DNA of 64,000 bases from Candidatus Shapirobacteria bacterium. GTDB lineage: Bacteria; Patescibacteriota; Microgenomatia; UBA12405. The first letter of the stretch is position 1. The number at the start of each line of letters is the position of its first letter. The notes beneath the pieces were generated by a model, which was not told where the DNA came from, did no database searches, and saw only the letters and a list, made by a program, of their open reading frames with translations. Below are positions 28,034-37,539 of the stretch, piece by piece. The position numbers and the translations under genes were made by a program. The stretch covers positions 693-64,692 of the forward strand of contig JAQWFB010000002.1 in NCBI GenBank assembly GCA_028704635.1, in the 5' to 3' direction.

Positions 28034-28354
28034 TTACTTCTTACTAAGTTGTCTTAGTAAATTTTCCGCTTCCACTGTTCCCCTATTCCCTTCTTTTATA
28101 CCTTTTTCCTCAAAAAGTTCATCTGGAATTAAAAGCACCTCTCTAGGATCAATTCCAAATCTATCTCCTATTGGAATAATTCCCATTTTATCTAAAACTT
28201 CAAGATTTGGTGAATTACAAGTGTAATGAATCACCACCTTTTTATCAGTTTCCGAAGTACCTTCCGGCCGCCCATTAGAACCTATTCTAAAACCCGTTTC
28301 TCTCTGAATTGATTCATTTCCTCTTTCACCACTCATTAATATAAATTCTAGCAA
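28034..28354 (-). CDS. Hypothetical protein (106 aa)
   Basis: ORF only. Confidence 0.4.
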   Translation of the reverse strand: MLEFILMSGERGNESIQRETGFRIGSNGRPEGTSETDKKVVIHYTCNSPNLEVLDKMGIIPIGDRFGIDPREVLLIPDELFEEKGIKEGNRGTVEAENLLRQLSKK

Positions 28355-28395
28355 CCAAAATTAAAAATAACAATTTATGTTAAAATATCCCTCAA

Positions 28396-29046
28396 ATGCC
28401 AAGAAATTCAGAAACAATTCCTTTCACTCCTAAAGAAATAATAATTGAAAAAAAGCCAACTTTCTCATTAGATCTCGCTGTTCAGCACTGGTCCTGTTGT
28501 TGGGGAGGAAGAGTCAATTTTTCCAAACAACATACCGAAACACCTCAAGAAATCATTGAACATTTTAATAAAAAAAATCCTTGGATTGGTGAATTTCTCA
28601 AAAACAATAAACCTGATCAACCAATTGCCATTTCCACTGTAAATGAATCTCCAAATGGGTGGCACAGAAATTTAATTGGAGATTTCTTTATTGATCTTAC
28701 ATGCATACAAGACCAATCTACTCTTCATTCTAATCTAAGTACTTTTGTTTCATTAGACGGTATTCAAGTTTTACCCATTAAGTCTGAAAAACGAGAAAGA
28801 GTCACAATTCAAGATGATTTGTTTACTCATAAAATTTCTCAAAAACCAAATTCAACTTTAAGATTTGCCTATTATCAAAACAAAGCAGGCTTCATTGACA
28901 ATATTAGTTTTCAAGAAAATGGAGGTTTAATTGCTGCTCATCTCTATTTAACCGATCCAAACGTTATTGATTTTGATCTAAAAACAGCTGTTCCGATTCA
29001 CACTGAAATAATCAACTACCAAAATCTTCATCTACCCGAGTATTAA
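28396..29046 (+). CDS. Hypothetical protein (216 aa)
   Basis: ORF only. Confidence 0.45.
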   Translation: MPRNSETIPFTPKEIIIEKKPTFSLDLAVQHWSCCWGGRVNFSKQHTETPQEIIEHFNKKNPWIGEFLKNNKPDQPIAISTVNESPNGWHRNLIGDFFIDLTCIQDQSTLHSNLSTFVSLDGIQVLPIKSEKRERVTIQDDLFTHKISQKPNSTLRFAYYQNKAGFIDNISFQENGGLIAAHLYLTDPNVIDFDLKTAVPIHTEIINYQNLHLPEY

Positions 29047-29060
29047 TATTAAAATTTGTG

Positions 29061-29131
29061 CAGGTCCGCCAGGAGTCGAACCTGGAAAAGCAGTTTTGGA
29101 GACTGCTGTGATACCATTTCACCACAGACCT
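29061..29131 (-). tRNA. tRNA-Trp (anticodon CCA)
   Basis: Hand-folded: acceptor AGGTCTG/CGGACCT (one G-U), anticodon loop CTCCAAA, T-arm CCAGG-TTCGACT-CCTGG. Confidence 0.75.
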
Positions 29132-29143
29132 AAGAACGAAAAG

Positions 29144-29216
29144 TGGACCCAAGGGGACTCGAACCCCTGACCTTCCCCATGCCATGGGGACGCGCTACCA
29201 ACTACGCTATGGGCCC
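29144..29216 (-). tRNA. tRNA-Ala (anticodon GGC) with G3-U70
   Basis: Acceptor GGGCCCA/TGGGTCC giving G3:U70 identity pair. Anticodon loop ATGGCAT. T-loop TTCGAGT. Confidence 0.75.
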
Positions 29217-29299
29217 TCAAAGGTTCTCTATTTTACCAAAAACTATAAGCCAACGCCACTGGTTTTCTAACTTTTCTTTTGTGTTACCATTAGTCTAAT

Positions 29300-30184
29300 A
29301 TGACTAATATTTCAAAGGCCGTCATTGCTGCCGCTGGCCGAGGCACTCGTTTTCTTCCTGTCGTTAAATCTTATCCCAAAGAATTGGTTCCAATTCTAGA
29401 TAAACCAAATATTCAATATCTTGTCGAAGAAGCTATTGGTGCTGGTATTACTGATATCGCCATTATCCATAGATTAGGCGAAAGTTCAATCGAAAAATAT
29501 TTCTCCCCCGATCAAGACCTAGAAGATTATTTGATCAGTAGAAATAAAACTGAATATTTAGACAGTTTAAAAAATATTTGGCAAAAAGCTAAACTAACTT
29601 TCATCCCTCAATCAGCTGACCTTCCCTATGGCAACGGCTCCCCTATTTTAGCCGCAAAAGATTTTATTGGTTCCGATAATTTTGTTTACATGTTTGGTGA
29701 CGATCTCATCGTTGAAGAAACTTATGGCCAATATTTAACCAAAATGATCACTTCTCTTGAAGAATACAATTCCGACGCTGTCGTTTCTACTCAAGAAATG
29801 CCAACTGAAGAAATGAAACGTTACGGTGCTGTTGTTCCTCACACCAACCCTACCGTTCCCCACCAAATCAGTGCTTTGCTCGAAAAAACTGACCCACCTC
29901 CATCTAATTTTGCTGTTGTTGGTCGTTATGTTATCTCTAATAAAATTTTAGATGTTATTAAAACCCAAGGCACCACCAAAGACAATGAACTTTGGCTGGC
30001 CGATGCGTTAAACACTATGGCTCAAAATGGCGTCGTCGTCGATGAACCAATCACTAATGGTGTTTGGATGACCACTGGTGATCCTCTTCGCTGGCTCGAA
30101 GCCAACATCGCCGTCGCTATCAAAGATCCCAGACTTAAAGACGATTTAAAAGAATTTTTAACAAATTTAGATGTCAATAAATAA
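29300..30184 (+). CDS. galU: UTP--glucose-1-phosphate uridylyltransferase (GalU-type), copy 1
   Basis: AVIAAAGRGTRFLPVVKSYPKELVPILDKPNIQYLVEE matches GalU signature. Confidence 0.8.
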   Translation: MTNISKAVIAAAGRGTRFLPVVKSYPKELVPILDKPNIQYLVEEAIGAGITDIAIIHRLGESSIEKYFSPDQDLEDYLISRNKTEYLDSLKNIWQKAKLTFIPQSADLPYGNGSPILAAKDFIGSDNFVYMFGDDLIVEETYGQYLTKMITSLEEYNSDAVVSTQEMPTEEMKRYGAVVPHTNPTVPHQISALLEKTDPPPSNFAVVGRYVISNKILDVIKTQGTTKDNELWLADALNTMAQNGVVVDEPITNGVWMTTGDPLRWLEANIAVAIKDPRLKDDLKEFLTNLDVNK

Positions 30185-31046
30185 AGCTGTTATCGCCGCT
30201 GCTGGTCGAGGTACTCGTTTTTTGCCTGTAGTTAAGGCTTACCCAAAAGAATTAGTTCCAGTTCTTTCTAAACCAAATATTCAATATTTAGTTGAAGAAG
30301 CCATTGGTGCTGGTATTACCAACATTGCCATTGTTATTCACTTCGGCGAAAAAAAGATTCAAAATTACTTTTCCAAAGATGCCAATTTAGAAAAATATTT
30401 AATTGAAAACAATAAAACTGAATATCTCGACAGTCTAAAAAATATTTGGCAAAAAGCTAAAATAACTTTTATTGAACAGCCTTTAGACTTACCTTATGGC
30501 ACTGGTTCCCCTGTTTTAGCCGCCAAAGAATTCATCGGTAATGATGATTTTGCCTATTTTTATGGTGATGATTTTATTCTTGAACCAACTCCTGGTCAAT
30601 TATTATCGAAAATGATTTCTAAATACGACCAATACCAAGCCTCCGCTATTCTGGCCGTTCAAAAAGTTCCCATGGAAGAAATTTATCGCTTTGGTAGTAT
30701 TAAATATATTAACGACCCTGTCTATCCGGATCGCATGTCCGAGATTATGGAAAAACTCCCAGCCGATCAAGCCCCATCCAATTCAGTCAATATCGGCCGC
30801 TTCATTGCTTCAAATAAAATTTTAGAAAATATCGATATTAAAAAACTCTCTAGGGACAACGAATTATGGTTCACCGACGCTCTAACTAAATTAGCTCAAT
30901 CAGGAATTGTTCTTACTCAAGCCACTCAAGATGAACAATGGCTCACCACTGGCGATCCCCTTCGCTGGCTTAAAGCCAATATCAGTACTGCTCTTCAAAA
31001 CCCTCAATACAAAAAAGATATTTCTGAGTTCATAAAAACACTATAA
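30171..31046 (+). CDS. galU: UTP--glucose-1-phosphate uridylyltransferase paralog, copy 2 (about 60% identical to copy 1)
   Basis: Same signature (AVIAAAGRGTRFLPVVKAYPKELVPVLSKPNIQYLVEE). Overlaps copy 1 by 14 nt. Confidence 0.8.
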   Translation: MSINKAVIAAAGRGTRFLPVVKAYPKELVPVLSKPNIQYLVEEAIGAGITNIAIVIHFGEKKIQNYFSKDANLEKYLIENNKTEYLDSLKNIWQKAKITFIEQPLDLPYGTGSPVLAAKEFIGNDDFAYFYGDDFILEPTPGQLLSKMISKYDQYQASAILAVQKVPMEEIYRFGSIKYINDPVYPDRMSEIMEKLPADQAPSNSVNIGRFIASNKILENIDIKKLSRDNELWFTDALTKLAQSGIVLTQATQDEQWLTTGDPLRWLKANISTALQNPQYKKDISEFIKTL

Positions 31047-31212
31047 AGAACCTTTTTTCAGGAAACACCTTCAATATAAAGCTTTAATTCAAACTGACTA
31101 CACACTCGATAAGTATTTTTATACAAACCAAAAACTCCTATAACTAATCTATTACTGATACTTAAATGAATAAAATACCTTATTTGTGCCTAATTTTAAA
31201 ACAACCTACTAC

Positions 31213-31241
31213 TTGACATAGACCTATAATAACATTATAAT
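31213..31241 (+). promoter_or_regulatory. Consensus sigma70-type promoter TTGACA-N17-TATAAT
   Basis: TTGACA 31213-31218, TATAAT 31236-31241, exactly 17-nt spacer. Confidence 0.5.
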
Positions 31242-31247
31242 ACCTAT

Positions 31248-31474
31248 AGAATTAATAAAATAATTCGCACTTTTATAAAAAGCCAAATTGTTCAAAGGAG
31301 AGATTTGGAGTGTGGCTCCTCTAGAGTTTCGCACCCCGTTTCTCCTTTGAACAATTTAAATTCAAAGGAGAGATTCAGAGTGCGCCTGTCCTGATTTATT
31401 AGGAATTCCTCGTCTCACCCCGTTTCTCCTTTGAATTTAAAATAGAAAAGCCCCGCAGATGCGGGGCTTTTTTG
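31248..31474 (+). ncRNA. Candidate structured ncRNA / tandem cis-regulatory element: two related hairpin modules (P1 caaaggagaga...tttctcctttgaa) followed by intrinsic terminator
   Basis: Module A 31289-31357, module B about 31362-31435. Shared gagtg..gc..c(a)ccccg internal motif. Promoter and terminator bracket it. No coding potential. Confidence 0.35.
31445..31474 (+). terminator. Intrinsic terminator aaagccccgcagatgcggggctttttt
   Basis: 8-bp GC stem, 6 T. Confidence 0.75.
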
Positions 31475-31485
31475 ATGTATTCCAA

Positions 31486-31519
31486 ACTTGACATTATCCT
31501 ATAACAATGACATACTATA
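31486..31519 (+). promoter_or_regulatory. Promoter with conserved spacer motif aacTTGACAttatcctataacaatga, copy 1 (upstream of 31655 gene)
   Basis: 29/31-nt identity with 32571-32601 including -35 and entire spacer. Confidence 0.45.
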
Positions 31520-31654
31520 TCACTTTTTAGTAAAGCACTAAAAAAGTTTTCGTTCTTTAATAATCCGTAAAAAACTTAAAATCAAAAACAATTCAGAGAA
31601 ATCTGTTTAAATAAAATCGTCAAATAAGTATAAAAAATGAAAGGGTGAGTTAGA

Positions 31655-32467
31655 ATGACAAATAAAAAAAGTTTAATGTTATTGGTTTTTTTGTTCTTTT
31701 CGATGTTGATGTTAACACCTCCAGCTTCTGCTCAAATTATTGAGAATGGCAACAGTTATTACTATCAACAATCAAACAACTACAACAGTCAATTTTGGCA
31801 AAAGGAGTACGAATCATATTTCTACCCTGGTTTAGGGCACAAAGAATATGAAGTCCTATACCAAAACGGCTACCGAACAAACACAACCCGATATACCGGT
31901 TTGTATGTCTTTTTACCAAACGAATCCGTGATGAATCAATATGGTGTAACCACTATTATTGAATACAAATCCGGATATGACTCTTATTTCACTCCAAATA
32001 AAGGACATAAACAGTACATTGAAAAATGGGTAAATGGCACCAAAACAAATGATATCCCTGTCTATACCGGTAACTATATTATCTTACCGAATGAGACAAT
32101 TGATTCAATTTACAGAGAACCCTGTAGTAACAACTCTGATCTTTATTTAAACACCACAAACATTCCATTAACTAAAGGATTGAGCGGCTGTAATATCTAC
32201 TACCTAGAAACTGGTAATAAGACTACTACTATACACGCAGAAGTTCCATATGGTTACTCTCTAATTGTCGCCGGAGTAACAGTTGATAATACTAATGGTG
32301 GAGTCTACAAAACATTTTCTACAGGTAATAGAACAGTAAAAATTAAAAACGGATTCGCCATAATTATCAGCAACGACGACCTTTACAACGAATTCCAAGC
32401 CAGAGTCAAAATCGCCAGAAACAATAACTGGAAATGTTCACACATTACATGGCCAAACCAATATTAA
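31655..32467 (+). CDS. Secreted hypothetical protein with signal peptide and two internal Tyr/Asn-rich repeats
   Basis: Signal peptide ending PPASAQ. Internal repeat YFYPGLGHKEYEVLYQNGYRTNT.. / YFTPNKGHKQYIEKWVNGTKTND.. Confidence 0.6.
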   Translation: MTNKKSLMLLVFLFFSMLMLTPPASAQIIENGNSYYYQQSNNYNSQFWQKEYESYFYPGLGHKEYEVLYQNGYRTNTTRYTGLYVFLPNESVMNQYGVTTIIEYKSGYDSYFTPNKGHKQYIEKWVNGTKTNDIPVYTGNYIILPNETIDSIYREPCSNNSDLYLNTTNIPLTKGLSGCNIYYLETGNKTTTIHAEVPYGYSLIVAGVTVDNTNGGVYKTFSTGNRTVKIKNGFAIIISNDDLYNEFQARVKIARNNNWKCSHITWPNQY

Positions 32468-32487
32468 AATTTAAGTTTTGCACGGAC

Positions 32488-32546
32488 CGGGCCCTATAAG
32501 TTATTTTTTGAATCATCATTGATTCACAAATTTAACTTACAGGGCC
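32488..32546 (+). terminator. Long inverted repeat (gggccctataagtta ... taacttacagggcc) after secreted-protein gene
   Basis: About 14-bp arms with about 30-nt loop. No strong T-run. Confidence 0.35.
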
Positions 32547-32570
32547 TTTATCATTTTAATTAATATAATA

Positions 32571-32601
32571 ACTTGACTTTATCCTATAACAATGATAAAA
32601 T
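32571..32601 (+). promoter_or_regulatory. Promoter with conserved spacer motif aacTTGACTttatcctataacaatgaTAAAAT, copy 2 (upstream of 32805 gene)
   Basis: TTGACT-N17-TAAAAT. Spacer identical to copy 1. Confidence 0.45.
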
Positions 32602-32804
32602 CCGGCACTTATCAATAAAGCATTGATTAAGTATGTTCTTTAAAAATCAGTATCCAAAATTCCTTTTAAAATTTGTTTTAAGTCCATTCTAATGGGCAAC
32701 ATTTTGTCTATCATCACATCGATGATAAGCAGAATGTTACCCATTAGAGCGGGATAACAACGTTGCAAACGTAAACAAAACAAAATTAAGAGGAGGAATT
32801 AAGA

Positions 32805-33560
32805 ATGAGCGAAACAAATGAACCTTTAGCAGAGGAAAACCAGGTAAAACCCAAAAAGTGGTGGAAAATTATTGGCATTGTAACATTAATCGCAATAATT
32901 GCATTAATGCTATGGCAAAGCCAACCCTGGTCAAAAGAATCTAAAGAAACAACTATTAATGGCGACTTACACGTCACCGGCAATCTCGTCGTCGACAAAA
33001 ACGTCGAAGTCAAAGACACAATTACCGCAAAAAAAGTTGTGGCTCTTGAAGAAATTAAAACACCAATCATCAAAGCAGATGTTGGAGAAATTTCCCATGT
33101 TAAGGCAAATGTAGTGGATTCTATTATAGTAAATGCCGAAACAATCAATGCCAACACGGCCAATATTCAGGTTGTAAATGCTGGAAAAGTTAATACTGGA
33201 AGTAATATTTCTAGTGTTACTGTTCAACCAGTACAACCAGTCGAGAAGCCAGTTGAACAAACAGGTTCAGGCAGTGAAAACTCTTTTACTTCCGGTGATC
33301 CCCAATGGAACACAGGTGTAGGAGTTACCAAAACTGTCACTCTAAATGTGAGTCCTGGTAAAACCGCTGTTGTTGGTGGCTACACCGTTAATGGCGTTAA
33401 AGGATCATTAAAGATCTACCAGCCTGGAACTTACCAATTGACAATTTGTGACGGATTTATCCGTGACAATGTCGATCCTGCCAACAGCCAGTCAACCTAT
33501 CAAATGAAAAAAGATGAGGCTGCTCGATTAGGACAAGACATTTCCAACGCCCAAAACTAA
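32805..33560 (+). CDS. Membrane-anchored surface protein with beta-strand-rich repeat region (bactofilin/fibre-like), strong SD
   Basis: N-terminal TM WWKIIGIVTLIAIIALMLW. V/N/T-rich alternating repeats. RBS aagaggagg. Confidence 0.55.
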   Translation: MSETNEPLAEENQVKPKKWWKIIGIVTLIAIIALMLWQSQPWSKESKETTINGDLHVTGNLVVDKNVEVKDTITAKKVVALEEIKTPIIKADVGEISHVKANVVDSIIVNAETINANTANIQVVNAGKVNTGSNISSVTVQPVQPVEKPVEQTGSGSENSFTSGDPQWNTGVGVTKTVTLNVSPGKTAVVGGYTVNGVKGSLKIYQPGTYQLTICDGFIRDNVDPANSQSTYQMKKDEAARLGQDISNAQN

Positions 33561-33707
33561 TCCCGCTCTAAAAAGGCTTGGATACTGATCAAAACTAAGA
33601 TGGAGAATAATCTCTATTTAATTGACAACTGTCAACTAAATATATTATTCTCCATCCCCAAGTCTACTGATAAATCTCAGTACTGATGAGTCCCAAAAGG
33701 ACGAAAC

Positions 33708-34586
33708 TTGAAACTTATGAAAAATACCAATCCCCTAGTCACCATCTACATGCCAGTTTTCAATGCTATCCCTTATCTTAGTCAAGCCATTGAAAGTATT
33801 TTAAATCAAAGTTATTCCAATTTTGAATTTATTATTGTTGACGACGCCTCCACCGACAATTCTTGGAAAGTCATTAAATCCTACGCCAAAAAAGATTCTC
33901 GTATTATTGCTATTAAAAATCATATTAATTTAGGCGTTAGTTTAACTTCAAATATTGCTATTTCCAAAGCCAAAGGTAAATTTTTAGCTCGTATGGATGC
34001 TGACGATATTTCTTTTACTGATCGCATTGAAAAACAAGTCGATTTTTTAATCAAAAATTCTAAAACCATTGCAGTTGGTGGTCAATGTGTGGTTATCGAT
34101 GAAAACAACAATATTATCGGTAATAAAAATTTCCCCACCCAACATCAAAAATTAAAGGATATGATTTTTTGGGCTGTTCCTATGCAACAACCATCAATCA
34201 TGATTAATTTAGATAAATTACCTAAAAATTTTGTTTGGTATTCTCCAAATCAATCTTCCGCTGAAGAAATTAATTTAATGTTCCGTTTTATGATTTATGG
34301 CCAAATCTCCAACACTGAAGATAATTTACTTTTTTATCGTCATTTAAACAACAGTCTCTCTCACAAAAATCCAAAAGCTACTTTTAAATTAACCATCAAA
34401 AGTCGTTTAAATGCTTTATCTCTCGGATTCAAGCCTAGTATTAAAGCTATCATTTTAAATCTAATGCAATTAATTGTCATCGCCCTAATTCCCAATAATT
34501 TAATTTACGATATTTGGTATTTCATTCGCGGTATTAAAAAATCAACCGGTGCTACAGTTGGGACTTTTGCCGAAACTCAAGTATAA
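33708..34586 (+). CDS. Family-2 glycosyltransferase (CsbB/GtrB-like)
   Basis: VTIYMPVFNAIPYL...FEFIIVDDASTDNS, DAD motif (RMDADDIS). Confidence 0.8.
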   Translation: MKLMKNTNPLVTIYMPVFNAIPYLSQAIESILNQSYSNFEFIIVDDASTDNSWKVIKSYAKKDSRIIAIKNHINLGVSLTSNIAISKAKGKFLARMDADDISFTDRIEKQVDFLIKNSKTIAVGGQCVVIDENNNIIGNKNFPTQHQKLKDMIFWAVPMQQPSIMINLDKLPKNFVWYSPNQSSAEEINLMFRFMIYGQISNTEDNLLFYRHLNNSLSHKNPKATFKLTIKSRLNALSLGFKPSIKAIILNLMQLIVIALIPNNLIYDIWYFIRGIKKSTGATVGTFAETQV

Positions 34587-34594
34587 TTTTAGTA

Positions 34595-37228
34595 ATGGCT
34601 TTCATTGCTAAATTAAAACCTCATCTAGATAAAATAATTCTTGGACTGGTTTTAGTAATTTTATTCTATAAAAACTTCTCTTCAAACACTTGGTTAATTG
34701 GTTGGGATAATTTAGTTCCAGAATTAAATATTTGGTTAAATATAAAAAGATCTTTTTTGGCAGTTTGGCAGGAATATCAAGGTCTCGGTCTAGTCGGCGG
34801 CATGGGCCACGCCACTGAAATTATCCGACAACTAATTCTTCTCCCGTTTATTCTAATCCTTCCCCACAATCTAATCCGTTATTTTTGGCAATTTTTAATG
34901 CTGACTCTAGGTGTTTTTAGTCTTAATTTTGGTCTCAAAAAATTTTTTCATTTATCCAAAACTTCCAGTCTACTAGGCTCTCTTTTTTATCTTCTAAATT
35001 TCGGCACCATTCAATATTTTTGGGTTCCTTTTGAGCCATTTTCTACTTTTTGGGGATTTTTTCCAGCTCTCTTTTTTGTCCTTTTTAATTATCTTAAAAT
35101 TCCCAATCGCAAAAATTTAATTTACTTCACTCTAATAAATTTTCTAGCCATTCCCAGTTTTTATGTTCAAACCATTTTTATTGTTTACATCCTTTGTCTT
35201 TCTCTAATTCTTCTATCCCATTTCATTATTAATTTTAAAAAAATATCTTTCAAATTTTACTGCACTATTCTTTTAATAATTTTCTTTTTAAATTCTTTTT
35301 GGTTTTTACCTTCTATTTATTTTTTAAAAAATGATTCTTTTAATACCACTCAAGGCTATGGCAATATAATGTCCAATCAAGAAACTTTTGATCGCAATCA
35401 AAACCACGGCACGATCACTGATTTTCTTTTACTAAAAAATTATTATTACGATTTTCCTAAAGGTGAAAACAACACCCTCATGTCTCCTTGGGTCTCTCAT
35501 TTTTCCAATCAATACAATCTCATTTGTGGTTATTTTGTTTCTCTTTTTATTATCATCGGCATAATCAGTCTTTTTACTAAATTTAAACAAAAACCATCAC
35601 TCAAACTTTCTCTTTTGTTAATATTTTTTCTTTGTTCTATTGCCCTTTTATCTGCCACCCCTGTTTTTTCTCAAATAAATTACCTCATTCGCCAACTACC
35701 GATTGTCAATCAAATTTTCCGTTCCCCTTGGACTAAGTTTTTAGTTCCCACTGCTTTTATTTTTTCAGTTCTTCTGTCCATTGGTCTCGAAAACTCTTTT
35801 AAATTTTTAACCAGAATAAAATATTCTCCTAGATTTTCTAAAACCATTCTCACTTTTATTTTTTTATTCTGTCTTTTTGACTTCAGTTTTCCCGTTTTTC
35901 AAGGCCAATTTTTTTATTCAAAAATGAAAAATTCACTCCCCGCTGAATATTCTGAATTGTTTTTCTTTTTTAAAGAAATTCCCTCTACTGCCAGAATTAT
36001 GAATCTTCCTCAAGGATCTTTTTGGGGCTGGACTAGTTACCGCTGGGGTTCTGTCGGTTCCGGTTTTCTTTGGTACGGACTAAATCAACCTATTCTCGAC
36101 AGAGCTTTTGATGTTTGGAATCTAAAAAACGAAAATTATTACTGGGAATTAACCACGGCACTTCAACAAAAAAATCCTCTTGCTATAAAAAGTATTATTG
36201 ATAAATACTCCATTGAATATGTCGTTTTTGACGATAATGTTTATTTTCCTGATGAAAAAATCTATGGTAAATTAGTTTCACCCAGCTTAGATCTTCTTCG
36301 TCAAATAGACGGTTTAACTTTAATTAAAACTGTTGACTCAATTTATATTTTTCAATATCAACATCCCACTCAAATTTATTCTACTAATTCCATTAACAAC
36401 ACTCCGCAAATCGCCCACTTTGATCCCAATTTTCAACCTCAATATATTCCTTCATCCACCACTGCTATCTACCCTTCTGAAAATAGTTCGATTCAAAATT
36501 CTCAAATAAATCAAATTAATGACAATAATCAAACTTATTTTCATTTTCAAAATAAACAATCACATAATTATCTAACCTTTAATTTCCCAAATTTGGTATT
36601 CGATCAAGATTATTTATTAAAAATAGAATCTAGAAATTTAAATGGTCAAACCCCAATTATTTCTACCTTTGATAATTATCTTCATTTTTATTTTTCCAAA
36701 AACCAACTTAAAACATCAACCGATTGGCAAATCACTTGGATTCTAATTCCCAAAATGGAAAATTCTCCTTTCGATACTGGACTTACTGTTATGATTGATA
36801 ATCCCAGTTTTAATCAAACACTTTCGATAAATGACATTAAAAATCCTGAAATTTATCCTTATCAAAATAATATTTCTATTATTGAAAATTACCAATCCCC
36901 TCAAAATAAATATTTTGAATCAAAATCAAATATTTTTTATTATCATCTCAAATTAGATCAAGCCCAAGATAATTATTTAGTCTTACCCCAATCTTTCCAC
37001 CAAGGTTGGATTGCTTTTTATTTTAATGGTCTCAACCCAGTTTTTCTAAAAAATCACACCTTGATAAATGAATGGGGCAATGGCTGGGAAATTCCCAAAA
37101 ACTACAATCTATCATCTACGATCTATTTCCTATTCTGGCCCCAAATTCTCGAATTTCTAGGATTTATTCTCCTTATCCCTACTTTTATTTTTGTTTTCAA
37201 AAAACCCAAAAAACCACTTTTGTTATAA
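34595..37228 (+). CDS. Large polytopic membrane protein, YfhO/GtrC-like putative GT-C glycosyltransferase
   Basis: About 12 or more TM helices in N-terminal 450 aa, large C-terminal extracytoplasmic domain, terminal TM. Directly downstream of GT2 as in csbB-yfhO pairs. Confidence 0.5.
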   Translation: MAFIAKLKPHLDKIILGLVLVILFYKNFSSNTWLIGWDNLVPELNIWLNIKRSFLAVWQEYQGLGLVGGMGHATEIIRQLILLPFILILPHNLIRYFWQFLMLTLGVFSLNFGLKKFFHLSKTSSLLGSLFYLLNFGTIQYFWVPFEPFSTFWGFFPALFFVLFNYLKIPNRKNLIYFTLINFLAIPSFYVQTIFIVYILCLSLILLSHFIINFKKISFKFYCTILLIIFFLNSFWFLPSIYFLKNDSFNTTQGYGNIMSNQETFDRNQNHGTITDFLLLKNYYYDFPKGENNTLMSPWVSHFSNQYNLICGYFVSLFIIIGIISLFTKFKQKPSLKLSLLLIFFLCSIALLSATPVFSQINYLIRQLPIVNQIFRSPWTKFLVPTAFIFSVLLSIGLENSFKFLTRIKYSPRFSKTILTFIFLFCLFDFSFPVFQGQFFYSKMKNSLPAEYSELFFFFKEIPSTARIMNLPQGSFWGWTSYRWGSVGSGFLWYGLNQPILDRAFDVWNLKNENYYWELTTALQQKNPLAIKSIIDKYSIEYVVFDDNVYFPDEKIYGKLVSPSLDLLRQIDGLTLIKTVDSIYIFQYQHPTQIYSTNSINNTPQIAHFDPNFQPQYIPSSTTAIYPSENSSIQNSQINQINDNNQTYFHFQNKQSHNYLTFNFPNLVFDQDYLLKIESRNLNGQTPIISTFDNYLHFYFSKNQLKTSTDWQITWILIPKMENSPFDTGLTVMIDNPSFNQTLSINDIKNPEIYPYQNNISIIENYQSPQNKYFESKSNIFYYHLKLDQAQDNYLVLPQSFHQGWIAFYFNGLNPVFLKNHTLINEWGNGWEIPKNYNLSSTIYFLFWPQILEFLGFILLIPTFIFVFKKPKKPLLL

Positions 37229-37235
37229 TTAAATT

Positions 37236-37487
37236 ATGAACAATTTAAATCCCTTAGCATTTCCACAATTTTATATTCCTTTTTTACTTTGGAGCATTTT
37301 CTGGAAAGGTTTTGCTTTGTGGAAGTCTGCGGGCAAAAAACAGCTCATCTGGTTTATCCTTTTAATGATTCTAAACACTGGTGGTCTTTTTGAAATTGCC
37401 TACATCTTTTTTCTTAACCAATGGGATCTCGACAACGGCAAAACTCTCAAGTTCTTAGAAAAAAAGTTTAAAGAAATCAAAAAATAG
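37236..37487 (+). CDS. Small two-TM membrane protein (DUF5652-like)
   Basis: 83 aa, WKGFALWKSAGKKQLIWFILLMILNTGGLFEIAYIFF. Confidence 0.45.
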   Translation: MNNLNPLAFPQFYIPFLLWSIFWKGFALWKSAGKKQLIWFILLMILNTGGLFEIAYIFFLNQWDLDNGKTLKFLEKKFKEIKK

Positions 37488-37502
37488 TTTTATTCTTATT
37501 GT

Positions 37503-37531
37503 AAAGGTCAGGCATACCTGACCTTTTTTTG
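37503..37531 (+). terminator. Intrinsic terminator aggtcaggcatacctgacc-T7
   Basis: 8-bp stem and 7 T. Confidence 0.7.
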
Positions 37532-37539
37532 TTTAATCA

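Noticed and set aside
31289-31435. Tandem hairpin modules as glycine riboswitch, guanidine-II (mini-ykkC) or a CRISPR array
   Set aside because: No CACCGAAGG/GGAGAG glycine core arrangement and no ACGR tetraloops. Only two dissimilar-length copies without regular spacers, so not CRISPR. Class left unknown.
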